Shown piece after piece: positions 1 through 9,723 of a stretch of 49,202 nt of DNA. The stretch comes from a bacterium (lineage in GTDB: Bacteria > Zhuqueibacterota > Zhuqueibacteria > Oceanimicrobiales > Oceanimicrobiaceae). The translations under genes were made by a program, and so were the position numbers. The stretch is from assembly GCA_046757165.1 (NCBI GenBank), contig JBHHXT010000017.1:1-49202 (forward strand), written 5' to 3'. Positions within the stretch are counted from its first letter, which is position 1; the number at the start of each line of letters is the position of its first letter. The notes beneath the pieces are model-generated. The model searched no databases. It was not told the DNA's origin and saw only the letters and a program-made list of their open reading frames with translations.

Positions 1-64
1 TTATGTTAATCAATTTAAGTGCGTTGAATGGCAGCGCAGGTTATGCTTTCGATAACTCAGAGTG

Positions 65-103
65 AGCCTCACAGGCAGCTTATGTCTGTGAGGTTATTTT
101 TTT
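65..103 (+). terminator. Rho-independent terminator-like hairpin overlapping the RBS and start of the first gene
   Basis: AGCCTCACAGGCA-gctta-TGTCTGTGAGGTT (13-bp stem with G:U pairs) followed by A and T7. Confidence 0.6.
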
Positions 104-1004
104 GAGTCGCCACCCGGTTCTATCCTTCATTGGCTTACCTCGAAAAGAAAGGCACCACCTCGAGGAGAAATTGCGAGACAAGGGCTTCAATCGCAACGAG
201 AGTTTTAGGACGTTCTACGAATCCGTGGGCGAGCGCTACCCGGAGGAAGACCTGGTCTATGATTCGTTGCGGGGTAGAGTTCGCAAAAAATTTGTTCTGA
301 GCCATCTAACATCATTCCGTGGGCGCTTCCTGGACTTAGGGTGCAACCGCGGCACCTATATTTCGCATTACAGCAACGGCACGGCAATCGGCGTTGACAT
401 CGCCATGCCTGTGCTAAGGCTCGCGCGCACACGGGCTGTGGGCGCCAAGTTTGTCCAGGGGGACGGTCAGGATCTGTCATTCATTCGGTCCGACACCATC
501 GATGCCATTCTATGCTCGGAAATGATCGAGCATGTGGTTGACGCCCAGAAGGTCCTGTCTGAATGTTACAGAGTCTTGAAGCCGGACGGTAAGCTGCTCG
601 TCACCACGCCGAATTACAAAAAAAACAAGCCCGAATGGATCTCCATTGGTGAAATGGCAGCGTATGGCGTTGAGGGCATGCGCGGCGAGCTGTACTATCA
701 TACTGCGTTTCGCCCGGAAGAATTGCAAGCTCTCGCCCGAAGGGCAGGGTTTGAACAACTCGAGGCCGGAACGTTCGAAAAAGAGGTGAAATACGCCACG
801 CGCATTCCTGTTTTGCTCTATCATCTTGTCGACAAGCTTAATAGAGTTACGCTCAACAGTTCAAACCTCGATAGGCGAAACAGCCACATGCTGGAACGCG
901 CCAGTTTGCTTGTCTATCGAGCGAGCCGCGTGCTCGGGCTGGACGCCGTTCTGGTCCGCCTGTGCAAGGAAGGCGTGCGAACTTTTCTGCTCGCCCGTAA
1001 GTAA
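102..1004 (+). CDS. Class I SAM-dependent methyltransferase
   Basis: FLDLGCNRG motif I, GVDI, VQGDGQDL, SEMIEHV, RVLKPDG; TTG start with GAGGT 7 nt upstream, start uncertain. Confidence 0.8.
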   Translation: MSRHPVLSFIGLPRKERHHLEEKLRDKGFNRNESFRTFYESVGERYPEEDLVYDSLRGRVRKKFVLSHLTSFRGRFLDLGCNRGTYISHYSNGTAIGVDIAMPVLRLARTRAVGAKFVQGDGQDLSFIRSDTIDAILCSEMIEHVVDAQKVLSECYRVLKPDGKLLVTTPNYKKNKPEWISIGEMAAYGVEGMRGELYYHTAFRPEELQALARRAGFEQLEAGTFEKEVKYATRIPVLLYHLVDKLNRVTLNSSNLDRRNSHMLERASLLVYRASRVLGLDAVLVRLCKEGVRTFLLARK

Positions 1005-1020
1005 GAGCTAATGATAAGAG

Positions 1021-2037
1021 TTGCACAGGAGGGCCGTTTTGCGACCGACAATTGCAATCACCGTGGGTGACCCGAATGGTATCGGCCCGGAAATCATCTT
1101 GAAAGCGCTAGTCAGGCGCGAGATGCGAAGCCGTGCTCGATTTGCGATCATCGCCCCGAAATCCGTCTTTGATCCTGCTCTGGCAGAGACGGTGAAATTT
1201 GAACTGGCAGTCGTTCGTCAGACCTCGTGCCTCGATGGCCTAAAAGACGATATTGTGTTTATTGACCCGGGTTTGCCCGAAGAGTTCAGAGTCACCCCCG
1301 GCCGGGAGACGAAAGCCGGAGGACAGGTTGCCGGCAGATCGCTCGAAAGAGCTCTGGAGTTCGCGGTGGCCGGCAAGGTAGAGGCCATCGTCACCGCGCC
1401 CCTTGCAAAGCATCTTCTGAACCTGGCGGGCTACAATTATCCTGGACAGACGGAGTTTCTGGCCGATTACCTGAAGGTCGAGGACGTTGTGATGACGATG
1501 ATAAGCGACAGGTTTCGAGTTGCGCTGGCCACCACACACTGCGCCTTGTCACAAGTTGCCAGTTTGGTGACCGTCAGGAGGATTGGTAAGACGCTGCAAG
1601 TGCTGGACAACGACCTCAGGTCGCGCTTCAGCGTCCGCGAACCACGGATCGCCGTCTGTGCTCTCAATCCCCATGCAGGCGAAAAGGGGATGTTTGGTTT
1701 GGAGGAGCGAACCGTGATCTCTCCTGCCATTACCGAAGCACGGCGGCGCGGCATACTGGCGGAAGGCCCGTTTCCTGCGGATACGTTGTTTTCTGAGCCG
1801 CTGGGCAAGAAGTATGATGCCTACGTGGCGATGTACCACGATCAGGGGCTGATTGCGGCAAAAATGCAGTCTTTCGAGAGAGCGGTTAATTATACCGCCG
1901 GGTTGCCTGTGGTCAGGACATCGCCGGACCACGGCACGGCGTTCGGGATTGCGGGTAAGGGCGTTGCGATATCTACCAGCATGGAGGAGGCCATCAAGCT
2001 TGCGAGTGCATTGGCTGCAGAGAAGCCGGCTGGTTGA
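1021..2037 (+). CDS. pdxA: 4-hydroxythreonine-4-phosphate dehydrogenase
   Basis: IAITVGDPNGIGPE, LNPHAGE, GPFPADT, AMYHDQG, RTSPDHGTAF motifs; start may be TTG 1039. Confidence 0.93.
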   Translation: MHRRAVLRPTIAITVGDPNGIGPEIILKALVRREMRSRARFAIIAPKSVFDPALAETVKFELAVVRQTSCLDGLKDDIVFIDPGLPEEFRVTPGRETKAGGQVAGRSLERALEFAVAGKVEAIVTAPLAKHLLNLAGYNYPGQTEFLADYLKVEDVVMTMISDRFRVALATTHCALSQVASLVTVRRIGKTLQVLDNDLRSRFSVREPRIAVCALNPHAGEKGMFGLEERTVISPAITEARRRGILAEGPFPADTLFSEPLGKKYDAYVAMYHDQGLIAAKMQSFERAVNYTAGLPVVRTSPDHGTAFGIAGKGVAISTSMEEAIKLASALAAEKPAG

Positions 2038-2776
2038 GCCCTATTCCCAACTGGCATTTATCTATGATTTTGTCATGCGCCACGTAGATTACTCAGCGTG
2101 GGCACGGTATCTCATCCGGCTGTTCTCAAAGGCGGACGTTGAAGTCAAGAAAGTTCTGGACATCTCGTGTGGCACCGGAAGTTTGCTCTTCGAACTTTCG
2201 GATCTTGGATTTTGTCCTGCTGGTTTGGATCGTTCAACACACATGGTCCAAATGGCCCGAAAGAAGCTCGGCTTTAAAGGCGTATTCGCGCCCGTGTGGG
2301 TGGGCGCAATGGAACGGTTCTACGTTAAGCAACCGTTCCATGCCATCGTGTGCATCTATGATAGTTTCAACTATTGCCTGAACGAGGCGGCGTGCCAATC
2401 CGTGTTCTCTCATGTTGCGCAGGCACTCTGTCCGGGCGGGCTGTTTGTTTTCGATGTGACAACGACGAGAAACTCAAAACGGTACTTTTACAATTACTAT
2501 GACCGGGAGGGCACGCGGGAGTTCGAGTACGTCCGTCAGTCTTATTACCGCGTTGGGTCGAGAAGACAAATAAATGAATTCTACATTACGTGGTGTCATG
2601 ATCGGACGTGCTACAAGGAACGCCACCAACAGAGAATATACCAGCTCGAGGAATTGAGAAAAATGCTGCGTTTGAATCTTTTTGAAGTGATGGGCATCTA
2701 TTCCGGATTTAGCCTGCGGCCGGGTACGGAAGAATCCGAACGTGTCCACTTTGTTCTGAAGAAGAGTGCGGAGTAA
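2030..2776 (+). CDS. Class I SAM-dependent methyltransferase
   Basis: YSQLAFIYD N-terminus, VLDISCGTG, GLDRS, YDSFNY, LCPGGLFVFD; real start probably overlaps the pdxA stop near 2030 rather than 1853. Confidence 0.8.
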   Translation: MVEPYSQLAFIYDFVMRHVDYSAWARYLIRLFSKADVEVKKVLDISCGTGSLLFELSDLGFCPAGLDRSTHMVQMARKKLGFKGVFAPVWVGAMERFYVKQPFHAIVCIYDSFNYCLNEAACQSVFSHVAQALCPGGLFVFDVTTTRNSKRYFYNYYDREGTREFEYVRQSYYRVGSRRQINEFYITWCHDRTCYKERHQQRIYQLEELRKMLRLNLFEVMGIYSGFSLRPGTEESERVHFVLKKSAE

Positions 2777-2779
2777 GGC

Positions 2780-3430
2780 GTGGTAAAGGTCCAGAACGTC
2801 AAGATGAAATACCCCAACGGTGATGGCCTGGAACGCATCAACCTGGAGGTGCGCCCGGGGGAATTTGTCTACCTGGTTGGTCCGACCGGAGCAGGCAAAA
2901 GCTCGGTGTTGAAGCTTATTTACATGGAGGAGTTCCCGGTGGAGGGATATGTGCTCGTTGACCAATTCAATTCCCAGTACATTCGGCCAGGTGACATCCC
3001 GCATCTGCGCAGGCGGTTGGGCGTCATCTTCCAGGATTTCAAATTGCTGGATGACCGGGATGTGTTTGAGAATGTGGCCTTTGCGTTACGGGTGACCAGC
3101 GCTCGGCGCAAGGACATCAAGAAAAAGTCGTTGCGCGCCCTGGCGGAAGTGGGACTCAGCCACAAAAGCCGGAAAATGCCCTATGAACTCTCCGGCGGCG
3201 AACAGCAACGCGCTGCCATCGCCCGCGCCATCGTCAACGAGCCGTTCATTCTACTGGCGGACGAACCCACAGGAAATCTGGACCCCAAGACCGCCGTTGA
3301 AATCATGAATCTTTTGGATAAACTGCATGCACGCGGCACGGCGGTTCTTATGGCGACACATAACTATCAATTAGTCAATAGCTCCTCAAAGAGAGTGGTT
3401 TCCATTAAGAATGGGAGAACATTGAGTTAG
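2780..3430 (+). CDS. ftsE: Cell division ATP-binding protein FtsE
   Basis: GPTGAGKS Walker A, IFQDFKLL, LSGGEQQR, LLADEPTGNLD; adjacent to ftsX. Confidence 0.93.
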   Translation: MVKVQNVKMKYPNGDGLERINLEVRPGEFVYLVGPTGAGKSSVLKLIYMEEFPVEGYVLVDQFNSQYIRPGDIPHLRRRLGVIFQDFKLLDDRDVFENVAFALRVTSARRKDIKKKSLRALAEVGLSHKSRKMPYELSGGEQQRAAIARAIVNEPFILLADEPTGNLDPKTAVEIMNLLDKLHARGTAVLMATHNYQLVNSSSKRVVSIKNGRTLS

Positions 3431-3437
3431 CCCGACT

Positions 3438-4295
3438 ATGATTTTTGTCGTCAAAGAAGGTTTCACGGGACTGATGAAGTCGAGGGTTGCCGGTTTTGTG
3501 GCCGTCTTGACCATCGCCATTTCGCTGATTCTGATCGGCGTTTTCCTGATCATCACGGTGAACCTGGGCAAGTTCGTTGGCTATTTGCGCAGTCGCGTCG
3601 AACTGGAGGTCTTTCTGGATGACTCTTTTGATGAGGCCAAGATCCAGAAGCTGGGGGATGAAATCAGGAGGATTGAAGGGGTCGGGGAGTTGATTTTCAT
3701 CTCGAAGGAGATGGCAATTTTGGAGTATCAGAACTTGTTCAAAGAGCAGCAGGATGATTATTTTGAGACGCTTGGCTTCAACCCGCTGCCCGCCTCCTAC
3801 CGGGTGAAGCTGAGAAAAGATTATCGGACGGCTACAGGGGCTGAACGTGTGTTCGAAGAGATCAGTGCCATTTCGGATATCAAGACCGATGATGTTGTGT
3901 ACCGCCGCGAGTTTTTGGTGCGGCTGGAAAAATATATTCAAATTGCCATCGCTGTGGATTTCATCGTTGGGACTATCGTTTGTCTGAGCGCCCTTTTGCT
4001 GGTTTCAAACAATATTCGCTTGATCATCCTGTCCAAACAGAAGATAATTGAAACGATGAAGCTCGTTGGTGCGACACGGTTTTTCATTCGCATGCCGCTT
4101 TATGTACAGGGAACCGTACAAGGTTTCCTGGGTGGAATTATCTCGGCATCATTTTTGTTCGGTCTTTTGCAAATCGGGTCTCTCGAGATTCCGGGCATAA
4201 TTTCTGTAGACCGGAGGCTCTATCTGGTCGTCGCGAGCTTAGGGATCTTGCTCGGCCTCGCCGGTAGCTACACAGCCGTGCGTCGCTATCTTTAA
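3438..4295 (+). CDS. ftsX: Cell division permease FtsX
   Basis: 4-TM pattern with large periplasmic loop, NPLPAS motif, MKLVGATRFFIRMP. Confidence 0.9.
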   Translation: MIFVVKEGFTGLMKSRVAGFVAVLTIAISLILIGVFLIITVNLGKFVGYLRSRVELEVFLDDSFDEAKIQKLGDEIRRIEGVGELIFISKEMAILEYQNLFKEQQDDYFETLGFNPLPASYRVKLRKDYRTATGAERVFEEISAISDIKTDDVVYRREFLVRLEKYIQIAIAVDFIVGTIVCLSALLLVSNNIRLIILSKQKIIETMKLVGATRFFIRMPLYVQGTVQGFLGGIISASFLFGLLQIGSLEIPGIISVDRRLYLVVASLGILLGLAGSYTAVRRYL

Positions 4296-4335
4296 ATAAC
4301 AAAGCCTTAAGCCAAATTCTGTCTGGAGTTTTTTC

Positions 4336-4364
4336 TTGACAAACGCAAGAATAATTAGTATCTT
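4336..4364 (+). promoter_or_regulatory. sigma70-type promoter for the hrcA operon
   Basis: TTGACA-17 nt-TATCTT. Confidence 0.7.
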
Positions 4365-4432
4365 TCTACTATTTGCATCAAATTGATGTCTGTACTAAAC
4401 GCGCACTTTTTTCAACCGAAGATGGCCGAACG

Positions 4433-5470
4433 ATGCTAGCCCGAGCGCTTACAGAACGCGAAAATACGATATTGTGTTGCGTTGTCGAAAGCCATGTGCA
4501 AACAGCCTTGCCTGCCGGGTCGCGGCACCTGGCCAAGAAATTCAATTTGGGCATTAGCCCAGCGACCATCCGCAATGTGATGAACGATCTCGAGGAAATG
4601 GGGTATTTGTGTCAACCCCATATCTCTGCTGGGCGTATTCCAACAGACAAAGGCTACCGTTTCTATGTCGATAGCTTGATGGCTGTGCGCAAGCTCCGCA
4701 GAAGAGAGCGGCAGATCATCTGGGAGAACCTGCATAAATACGCCGTCGATGTCAAAGAGATCCTGGCAGCCGCATCGCGGGTCTTAGGCCAGGTTTCTGC
4801 CCAGTTGGGGGTCGTGCTCGAGCCCAGGTTTTATCAGGGCATTTTTCAAAAGATAGAGTTGGTGAGTGTCTCCGAAACCAGAATTCTTGCCGTGATTTCC
4901 ATCATGTCCGGTCTGGTCAAAACCATTATGATGGAAATGGAATCTGCCGTTTCCAGAGATCAACTCGAACAGACATCCTGGGTTATCAATGAGCGCTTGA
5001 GTGGACTTTCCCTCAAAGAGGTCAAGGAAACGATAGACGAGAGGCTCTCCGACGCCGTTGTCAGTAACGATCGGCTCATGCACCTCGTCCTCGAATCCTC
5101 ATACCGGTTGTTCAGTTTTGAACGTCATGAGGGTCTCCATCTTGGTGGCACGCATAATATTGTTGCGAATCCTGAGTTTTCCGAGAAGGATGATGTTGCA
5201 AGAGTGCTCGGTATGATCGAGAGCAAAGAAACGATTTTGCACAAGTTTGATCAGGGAGAAGACAACAAAGTCTGTGTGCGCATCGGGCGGGAAAACAAGG
5301 AGGACTTGTTTCGGGACTATAGCGTGATTGTCACTCAGTACTACATCGGCAATGTGACCGGTGCGCTTGGCGTTGTCGGACCGACGCGCATGCAGTACTC
5401 CAGGATCATCCCTTTGGTTGATTATGTTGGGGGCGTGTTGACAAGAGTGTTTTCTGATAAACTCTGCTAA
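4433..5470 (+). CDS. hrcA: Heat-inducible transcription repressor HrcA
   Basis: SPATIRNVM..LEEMGYL.QPH.SAGRIPTDKGYRFYVD, GVVGPTRM.Y; ATG 4433 preferred. Confidence 0.95.
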   Translation: MLARALTERENTILCCVVESHVQTALPAGSRHLAKKFNLGISPATIRNVMNDLEEMGYLCQPHISAGRIPTDKGYRFYVDSLMAVRKLRRRERQIIWENLHKYAVDVKEILAAASRVLGQVSAQLGVVLEPRFYQGIFQKIELVSVSETRILAVISIMSGLVKTIMMEMESAVSRDQLEQTSWVINERLSGLSLKEVKETIDERLSDAVVSNDRLMHLVLESSYRLFSFERHEGLHLGGTHNIVANPEFSEKDDVARVLGMIESKETILHKFDQGEDNKVCVRIGRENKEDLFRDYSVIVTQYYIGNVTGALGVVGPTRMQYSRIIPLVDYVGGVLTRVFSDKLC

Positions 5471-5493
5471 CCACTCAAGGAACGAAGAGCAAG

Positions 5494-6087
5494 ATGGAAG
5501 TTAAAGACAACGTTGGACCTGCCTCAGCAGAGGTCGATAATATGAGCAAAGAGGAGAAGGAAAGACTGAAATCAAACCGTGCTGGGAGGAACAGCCAAAA
5601 GAGGCGGGCGCCGCAATCGGCCAAAATGAAGAAGCTCCAGCAGCAAATTCTGCAGTTGCAGCAAGAGCGCGACGAGCTGAAAGACCGGCTGCTCCGAAAA
5701 GCGGCAGAATTCGACAATTTCAAAAAGCGAACAGAGAATCAAAACGTGCAATTAGCCGCCACCGCCAACGCGGATCTAATTGCGCAACTGCTGCCGGTCA
5801 TCGACGACCTCGAACGGTCCATCGCGTCGGCGGGAGAAAACGAAGACTTCAAAGGCCTGCTTGCAGGCGTCGAGCTGATTTCAAGGAATTTTTGCAAGGT
5901 TCTGGAAAAGCGAGGCGTCAAACGGATTGTGGCTGTTGGCGAAGCATTTGATCCTGAAAAACACGATGCGCTGATGCAAGTTGACAGCGATGAGCATCCC
6001 CCAGGAATTGTTGTAGATGAGCACCTGAAAGGGTATGAATTCAACGGCCGCGTCTTGCGCCATTCTCAGGTCCTGGTGAGTAAGTAA
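5494..6087 (+). CDS. grpE: Nucleotide exchange factor GrpE
   Basis: RKAAEFDNFKKR, LLPVIDDLER, FDPEKHDA, KGYEFNGRVLR. Confidence 0.95.
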   Translation: MEVKDNVGPASAEVDNMSKEEKERLKSNRAGRNSQKRRAPQSAKMKKLQQQILQLQQERDELKDRLLRKAAEFDNFKKRTENQNVQLAATANADLIAQLLPVIDDLERSIASAGENEDFKGLLAGVELISRNFCKVLEKRGVKRIVAVGEAFDPEKHDALMQVDSDEHPPGIVVDEHLKGYEFNGRVLRHSQVLVSK

Positions 6088-6103
6088 GTGAATTCTTTGT
6101 GTT

Positions 6104-7237
6104 ATGCCTATGCGTGATTACTATGAAATTCTCACTGTTCACAAAGATGCGAGCGAAGAAGAGATAAAGAAAGCCTATCGCAAGTTGGCGATGAAATATC
6201 ATCCGGACCGGAATCCGGGGGACAAAACCGCTGAAAAGAGGTTCAAGGAGGTCGCTGAGGCATACGAGGTCCTCAGGGATCCGGAAAAGCGACAGCGCTA
6301 TGACCGCTTTGGTCCTGGTGGCGTTAAGGGCGGGTTTGATGGGTTTTCCGGCTTTGACATCGATCTCAGTGATGCCTTGCGGACGTTCATGTCGGAGGGA
6401 TTTGGTTTTGGTGATATCTTTGGCATGCGCGGCCGTCGCGGCAATCGCAAACGCAGAGGCAAGGACCTGCAGGTCCGGTTGAAGCTGACCCTGGAAGAAA
6501 TTGCCACGGGTGTAGAGAAGAAGATCAAGTTGAGAAGGGCCGTTGTTTGTGAGGCGTGCGGCGGCTCTGGTGCGGCATCTGAAGATGCGTATATCACCTG
6601 TCTACAGTGCCATGGCAGAGGCGAGGTGCGCCAGGTTTCACAATCATTGTTTGGACAGTTTGTTAACATCACAAGCTGTCCGCGCTGCCGGGGCGAGGGC
6701 AAGGTGCTGAAAAATCCTTGCAGTAAGTGTGACGGCCAGGGGCGTGTTCAGGGTGAAGCCGTTATTACGGTCGAGGTGCCGGCAGGAGTGACTGCGGGCA
6801 ATTACATCACCGTACGAAACGAAGGCGAGGCGGGTCCCAATGGCGGTCCCAACGGGGACGTGATTATTCTGATCGATGAGCTCGAGCATGAGCATTTTGA
6901 GCGCCACGGCGATGATGTTCTCTACGATCTGGCGCTTAGTTTTTGTCAAGTGGCTTTGGGTGCAGAAGTTGAGGTGCCGACTTTGAACGGGAAAGCACGA
7001 TTGCAAATTCAACCAGGGACACAGGCGAACAAAATCCTGCGGATGAAGAATAAAGGCATTCCACATTTGCGAGAGCATGGCCGCGGCGATCAATTGGTCC
7101 GGGTGCTGGTCTGGACTCCGACAAAATTATCTGCAACAGAGAAGAAGATATTCGAGGACTTGGCAAAAAGCGAGCATTTGCAACCGCCAGCCGATAGCCG
7201 GGGTTTTTTCAAGCGCGTGAAAGAGGCGATTTTTTAG
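6104..7237 (+). CDS. dnaJ: Chaperone DnaJ
   Basis: J domain with HPD, G/F-rich region, four CxxCxGxG repeats. Confidence 0.97.
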   Translation: MPMRDYYEILTVHKDASEEEIKKAYRKLAMKYHPDRNPGDKTAEKRFKEVAEAYEVLRDPEKRQRYDRFGPGGVKGGFDGFSGFDIDLSDALRTFMSEGFGFGDIFGMRGRRGNRKRRGKDLQVRLKLTLEEIATGVEKKIKLRRAVVCEACGGSGAASEDAYITCLQCHGRGEVRQVSQSLFGQFVNITSCPRCRGEGKVLKNPCSKCDGQGRVQGEAVITVEVPAGVTAGNYITVRNEGEAGPNGGPNGDVIILIDELEHEHFERHGDDVLYDLALSFCQVALGAEVEVPTLNGKARLQIQPGTQANKILRMKNKGIPHLREHGRGDQLVRVLVWTPTKLSATEKKIFEDLAKSEHLQPPADSRGFFKRVKEAIF

Positions 7238-7246
7238 AGGGTAAAC

Positions 7247-7768
7247 GTGTTGGGCTTTACAAAGCAGGAACTCTATATTGTATGGTTCCTGATAGGCTCT
7301 TTGCTCGTTGGGGGCGGCGTCAAGATATATAAGGGTCATTTTCGTCAACCGACGGTTCCTCGAGTTCGAGAATCGTTCGTCGAAGAATTTGAAACCCGCG
7401 CCGCCCGGGTCAATGCAGGGGTTCGTGACACGCTCTCGGATGATTTGAACCTGAAGAGCGGCGCGGCAGAATTGGCGGGGTCGAATTCTGGTCGTCGCCC
7501 GGCGGTCGTTGAAAGTCAAACCGGTGCCCAGGATGGTCCGCAACCCAACCAGCAGTTCGTGTCAGGCTCGCGATTGAGAATTGACATCAATTCCGCCAGC
7601 ACCGCAGAGCTTCAGGAAATCCCCAAGATCGGACCCGTGCTAGCGGAAAGGATTGTTTCATATCGAGAGCAGAAAGGCAGGTTCAGAGACATTCAGGATT
7701 TGCTGCTTGTCAAGGGAATAGGAAAGAAAACTTTGGAGAAAATGGAGCCCTTTATTGCACTAAAATAA
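7247..7768 (+). CDS. comEA: ComEA-family helix-hairpin-helix DNA-binding protein
   Basis: N-terminal TM, flexible linker, IDINSAS..EL..IPKIGPVLA..IV.YR...G.F....L..VKGIG. Confidence 0.8.
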   Translation: MLGFTKQELYIVWFLIGSLLVGGGVKIYKGHFRQPTVPRVRESFVEEFETRAARVNAGVRDTLSDDLNLKSGAAELAGSNSGRRPAVVESQTGAQDGPQPNQQFVSGSRLRIDINSASTAELQEIPKIGPVLAERIVSYREQKGRFRDIQDLLLVKGIGKKTLEKMEPFIALK

Positions 7769-7806
7769 TTAGTTTAGGTCTATTACAACAATCAGAGGGA
7801 GGAGAA

Positions 7807-8703
7807 ATGGCAGAACAGAAGGCGAGAGGGTCTATCATCTACGAGTTGCTCATTGTGATTTTGGGAGCAACGCTTGTTGCATCCATTTTGTACCCGAAGA
7901 AGATTACAGAACAGGAACAGCGCAATATGGAAATTAGCCGCTACCGCATGGAGCAAATCCAGAAAGCAGCGCTGCAATACCAAAAGTACAACGGCACTTA
8001 TAGTGATACGTTGGAAAAGGTGTTCGAGTTTATCAGAACCAGTCCGGAGTACCAACACTATGTGGACTCGGTCATCGTAGGGGGGCTCGATTCAATAATC
8101 ACGGAACTCGAGGAATTCAAAACCAAACAGAATGAGATCGCGGCTGCAATTCCATCTGCAACGGATTCAACCATGATTGATTCGTTGACCGAATTACAAA
8201 CCGAGATCAAGTTAGAATCGAGACGCTTGGCTGGCTATGTCGAGTATGTTCACGATCGGATGAAAAACCTGCCCAACACGCCCGTAGACGATCTGAGGGC
8301 CGTTTTGGTGATCATCGATTCAAAGAAGTTTACCCTGGATATGGACATCGTGAAGAACGCTATCGAAAGCGGCCAACAAGAGGTAGCTCAAAGGGGTTCT
8401 GGCGATGTTATAGAAACCATCGAATCCACGATTAAGCAATTCGAGCGGGTGAAAACCCTGTTGCCCCGGTACAGGGGCAGCAGCCTGGATTCTATCGGCT
8501 TGTGTCCGACCACGCACAAACCGTTTCGTCTGGTGCATGTTGATACGTCCGTGATCAAATTCTTGAATATCTACAGCCCAATCGACAGCGCGGATATTGC
8601 GATGGTTGAGCACGACTTCCTCAAATCGAAGATAGGAGGAATGAAACTGACCAATCATGGAAGAATAGAGAACGGGGAAAGGAGCTGGGCGGCACAGCAG
8701 TAA
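7807..8703 (+). CDS. Prepilin-like protein (type IV pilin-type N-terminus, helical body)
   Basis: MAEQKARG|SIIYELLIVIL: basic leader, Gly at -1, Glu at +5, hydrophobic helix; strong GGAGG RBS. Confidence 0.6.
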   Translation: MAEQKARGSIIYELLIVILGATLVASILYPKKITEQEQRNMEISRYRMEQIQKAALQYQKYNGTYSDTLEKVFEFIRTSPEYQHYVDSVIVGGLDSIITELEEFKTKQNEIAAAIPSATDSTMIDSLTELQTEIKLESRRLAGYVEYVHDRMKNLPNTPVDDLRAVLVIIDSKKFTLDMDIVKNAIESGQQEVAQRGSGDVIETIESTIKQFERVKTLLPRYRGSSLDSIGLCPTTHKPFRLVHVDTSVIKFLNIYSPIDSADIAMVEHDFLKSKIGGMKLTNHGRIENGERSWAAQQ

Positions 8704-8733
8704 AGGGCTCAGTGCATGGAGGTTAGTTGGGTC

Positions 8734-9696
8734 ATGGCCCAGGAAGAGAATACTGGGATTCTTGGAATTAGTCTGGTTGATGATCAACTGAGAATCGTTG
8801 AAGGAAGAAAAGAATCCGCCAACGAGTTTCAAGTTACTCATTTAGCCCAGGGTCGGGTTCGGCAACCCTTCAATTTCGAGATATTTTCCGACCGGAATAT
8901 GCCTCGCCGTTTCGCTGAGGACATCACGCGGCTTTGCCAAACTCAGGACTTTGGGGTCAAGGATGTGGCGTTTTCGCTGGATTCCAGGATGGTGTTGGTC
9001 AAGAAGGTGGCCGTCGACCAGAAATTGGAAGCGAGCAGACTCGGCGAGCATATCGGCTGGGAGGTGGAGCAGTTTGCCATCTCCCCCATCCAGGAGTACG
9101 TCGTAGATTATGAGCCGCTTAATGGCAGCACAAACGGTCCTTTGAGCAGCATGCTGGTCGTTGTGGTTCGCAAAAAGGTCATTCGATTCTTAAAGCAGCT
9201 TTTTAAGCATACCGATTTAAGGTTAAGAGTGGTAGATGTTGATATTTTCTCGGCACAAAGAGCTCTGCAGTTGAATTATGATTACACCGAAACCGACAAG
9301 ATTTGCCTCATCAATGTTGCGGAACAGAAGGTTCATTTTACCATTCTCAAGGGAAAGAATTTCTTCCTGGCCCAGGATATTGCGCCGCCTCATAAAAGAA
9401 GCTTTGCCAGAAGCTCGGAATCAACGGCAAGGTCTATTTCGAAGGAGCTGCGCAGAATTATCTTAGACCATCAACTAGGCAAGAGCGTGGAGGACTTGAG
9501 TGAGATTTTCCTCTACGGAGAAGCGGTTGAGGACGGCGTTCTGGAAGGTCTGCAAAAAAGCTATGACTTGCGCATTGACCGCGCAAACCCGTTTAGAAAA
9601 ATAAAACTCCCTCCGCAAGCACAAGAGGATGTTAGCCAGGCGCGTACCGAGCGCTATATGATCTCGGTGGGCGCCGCACTCAGAGGGATACAATAG
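8734..9696 (+). CDS. pilM: PilM-like actin-fold pilus assembly protein
   Basis: LGISL...LRIVE, YVVDYE, LRVVDVDIFS, ISKELRR, IFLYG, ANPF, ISVGAALRG match the PilM pattern. Confidence 0.75.
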   Translation: MAQEENTGILGISLVDDQLRIVEGRKESANEFQVTHLAQGRVRQPFNFEIFSDRNMPRRFAEDITRLCQTQDFGVKDVAFSLDSRMVLVKKVAVDQKLEASRLGEHIGWEVEQFAISPIQEYVVDYEPLNGSTNGPLSSMLVVVVRKKVIRFLKQLFKHTDLRLRVVDVDIFSAQRALQLNYDYTETDKICLINVAEQKVHFTILKGKNFFLAQDIAPPHKRSFARSSESTARSISKELRRIILDHQLGKSVEDLSEIFLYGEAVEDGVLEGLQKSYDLRIDRANPFRKIKLPPQAQEDVSQARTERYMISVGAALRGIQ

Positions 9697-9723
9697 ACCT
9701 CATGTTTTAGTTTGGAGCGTGTT

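Noticed and set aside
1853..2029. N-terminal extension of the methyltransferase ORF (likewise 11222-11395 for coaD and 38531-38620 for khpA)
   Set aside because: These extensions overlap the upstream gene or intergenic DNA and lack family similarity; downstream starts fit better
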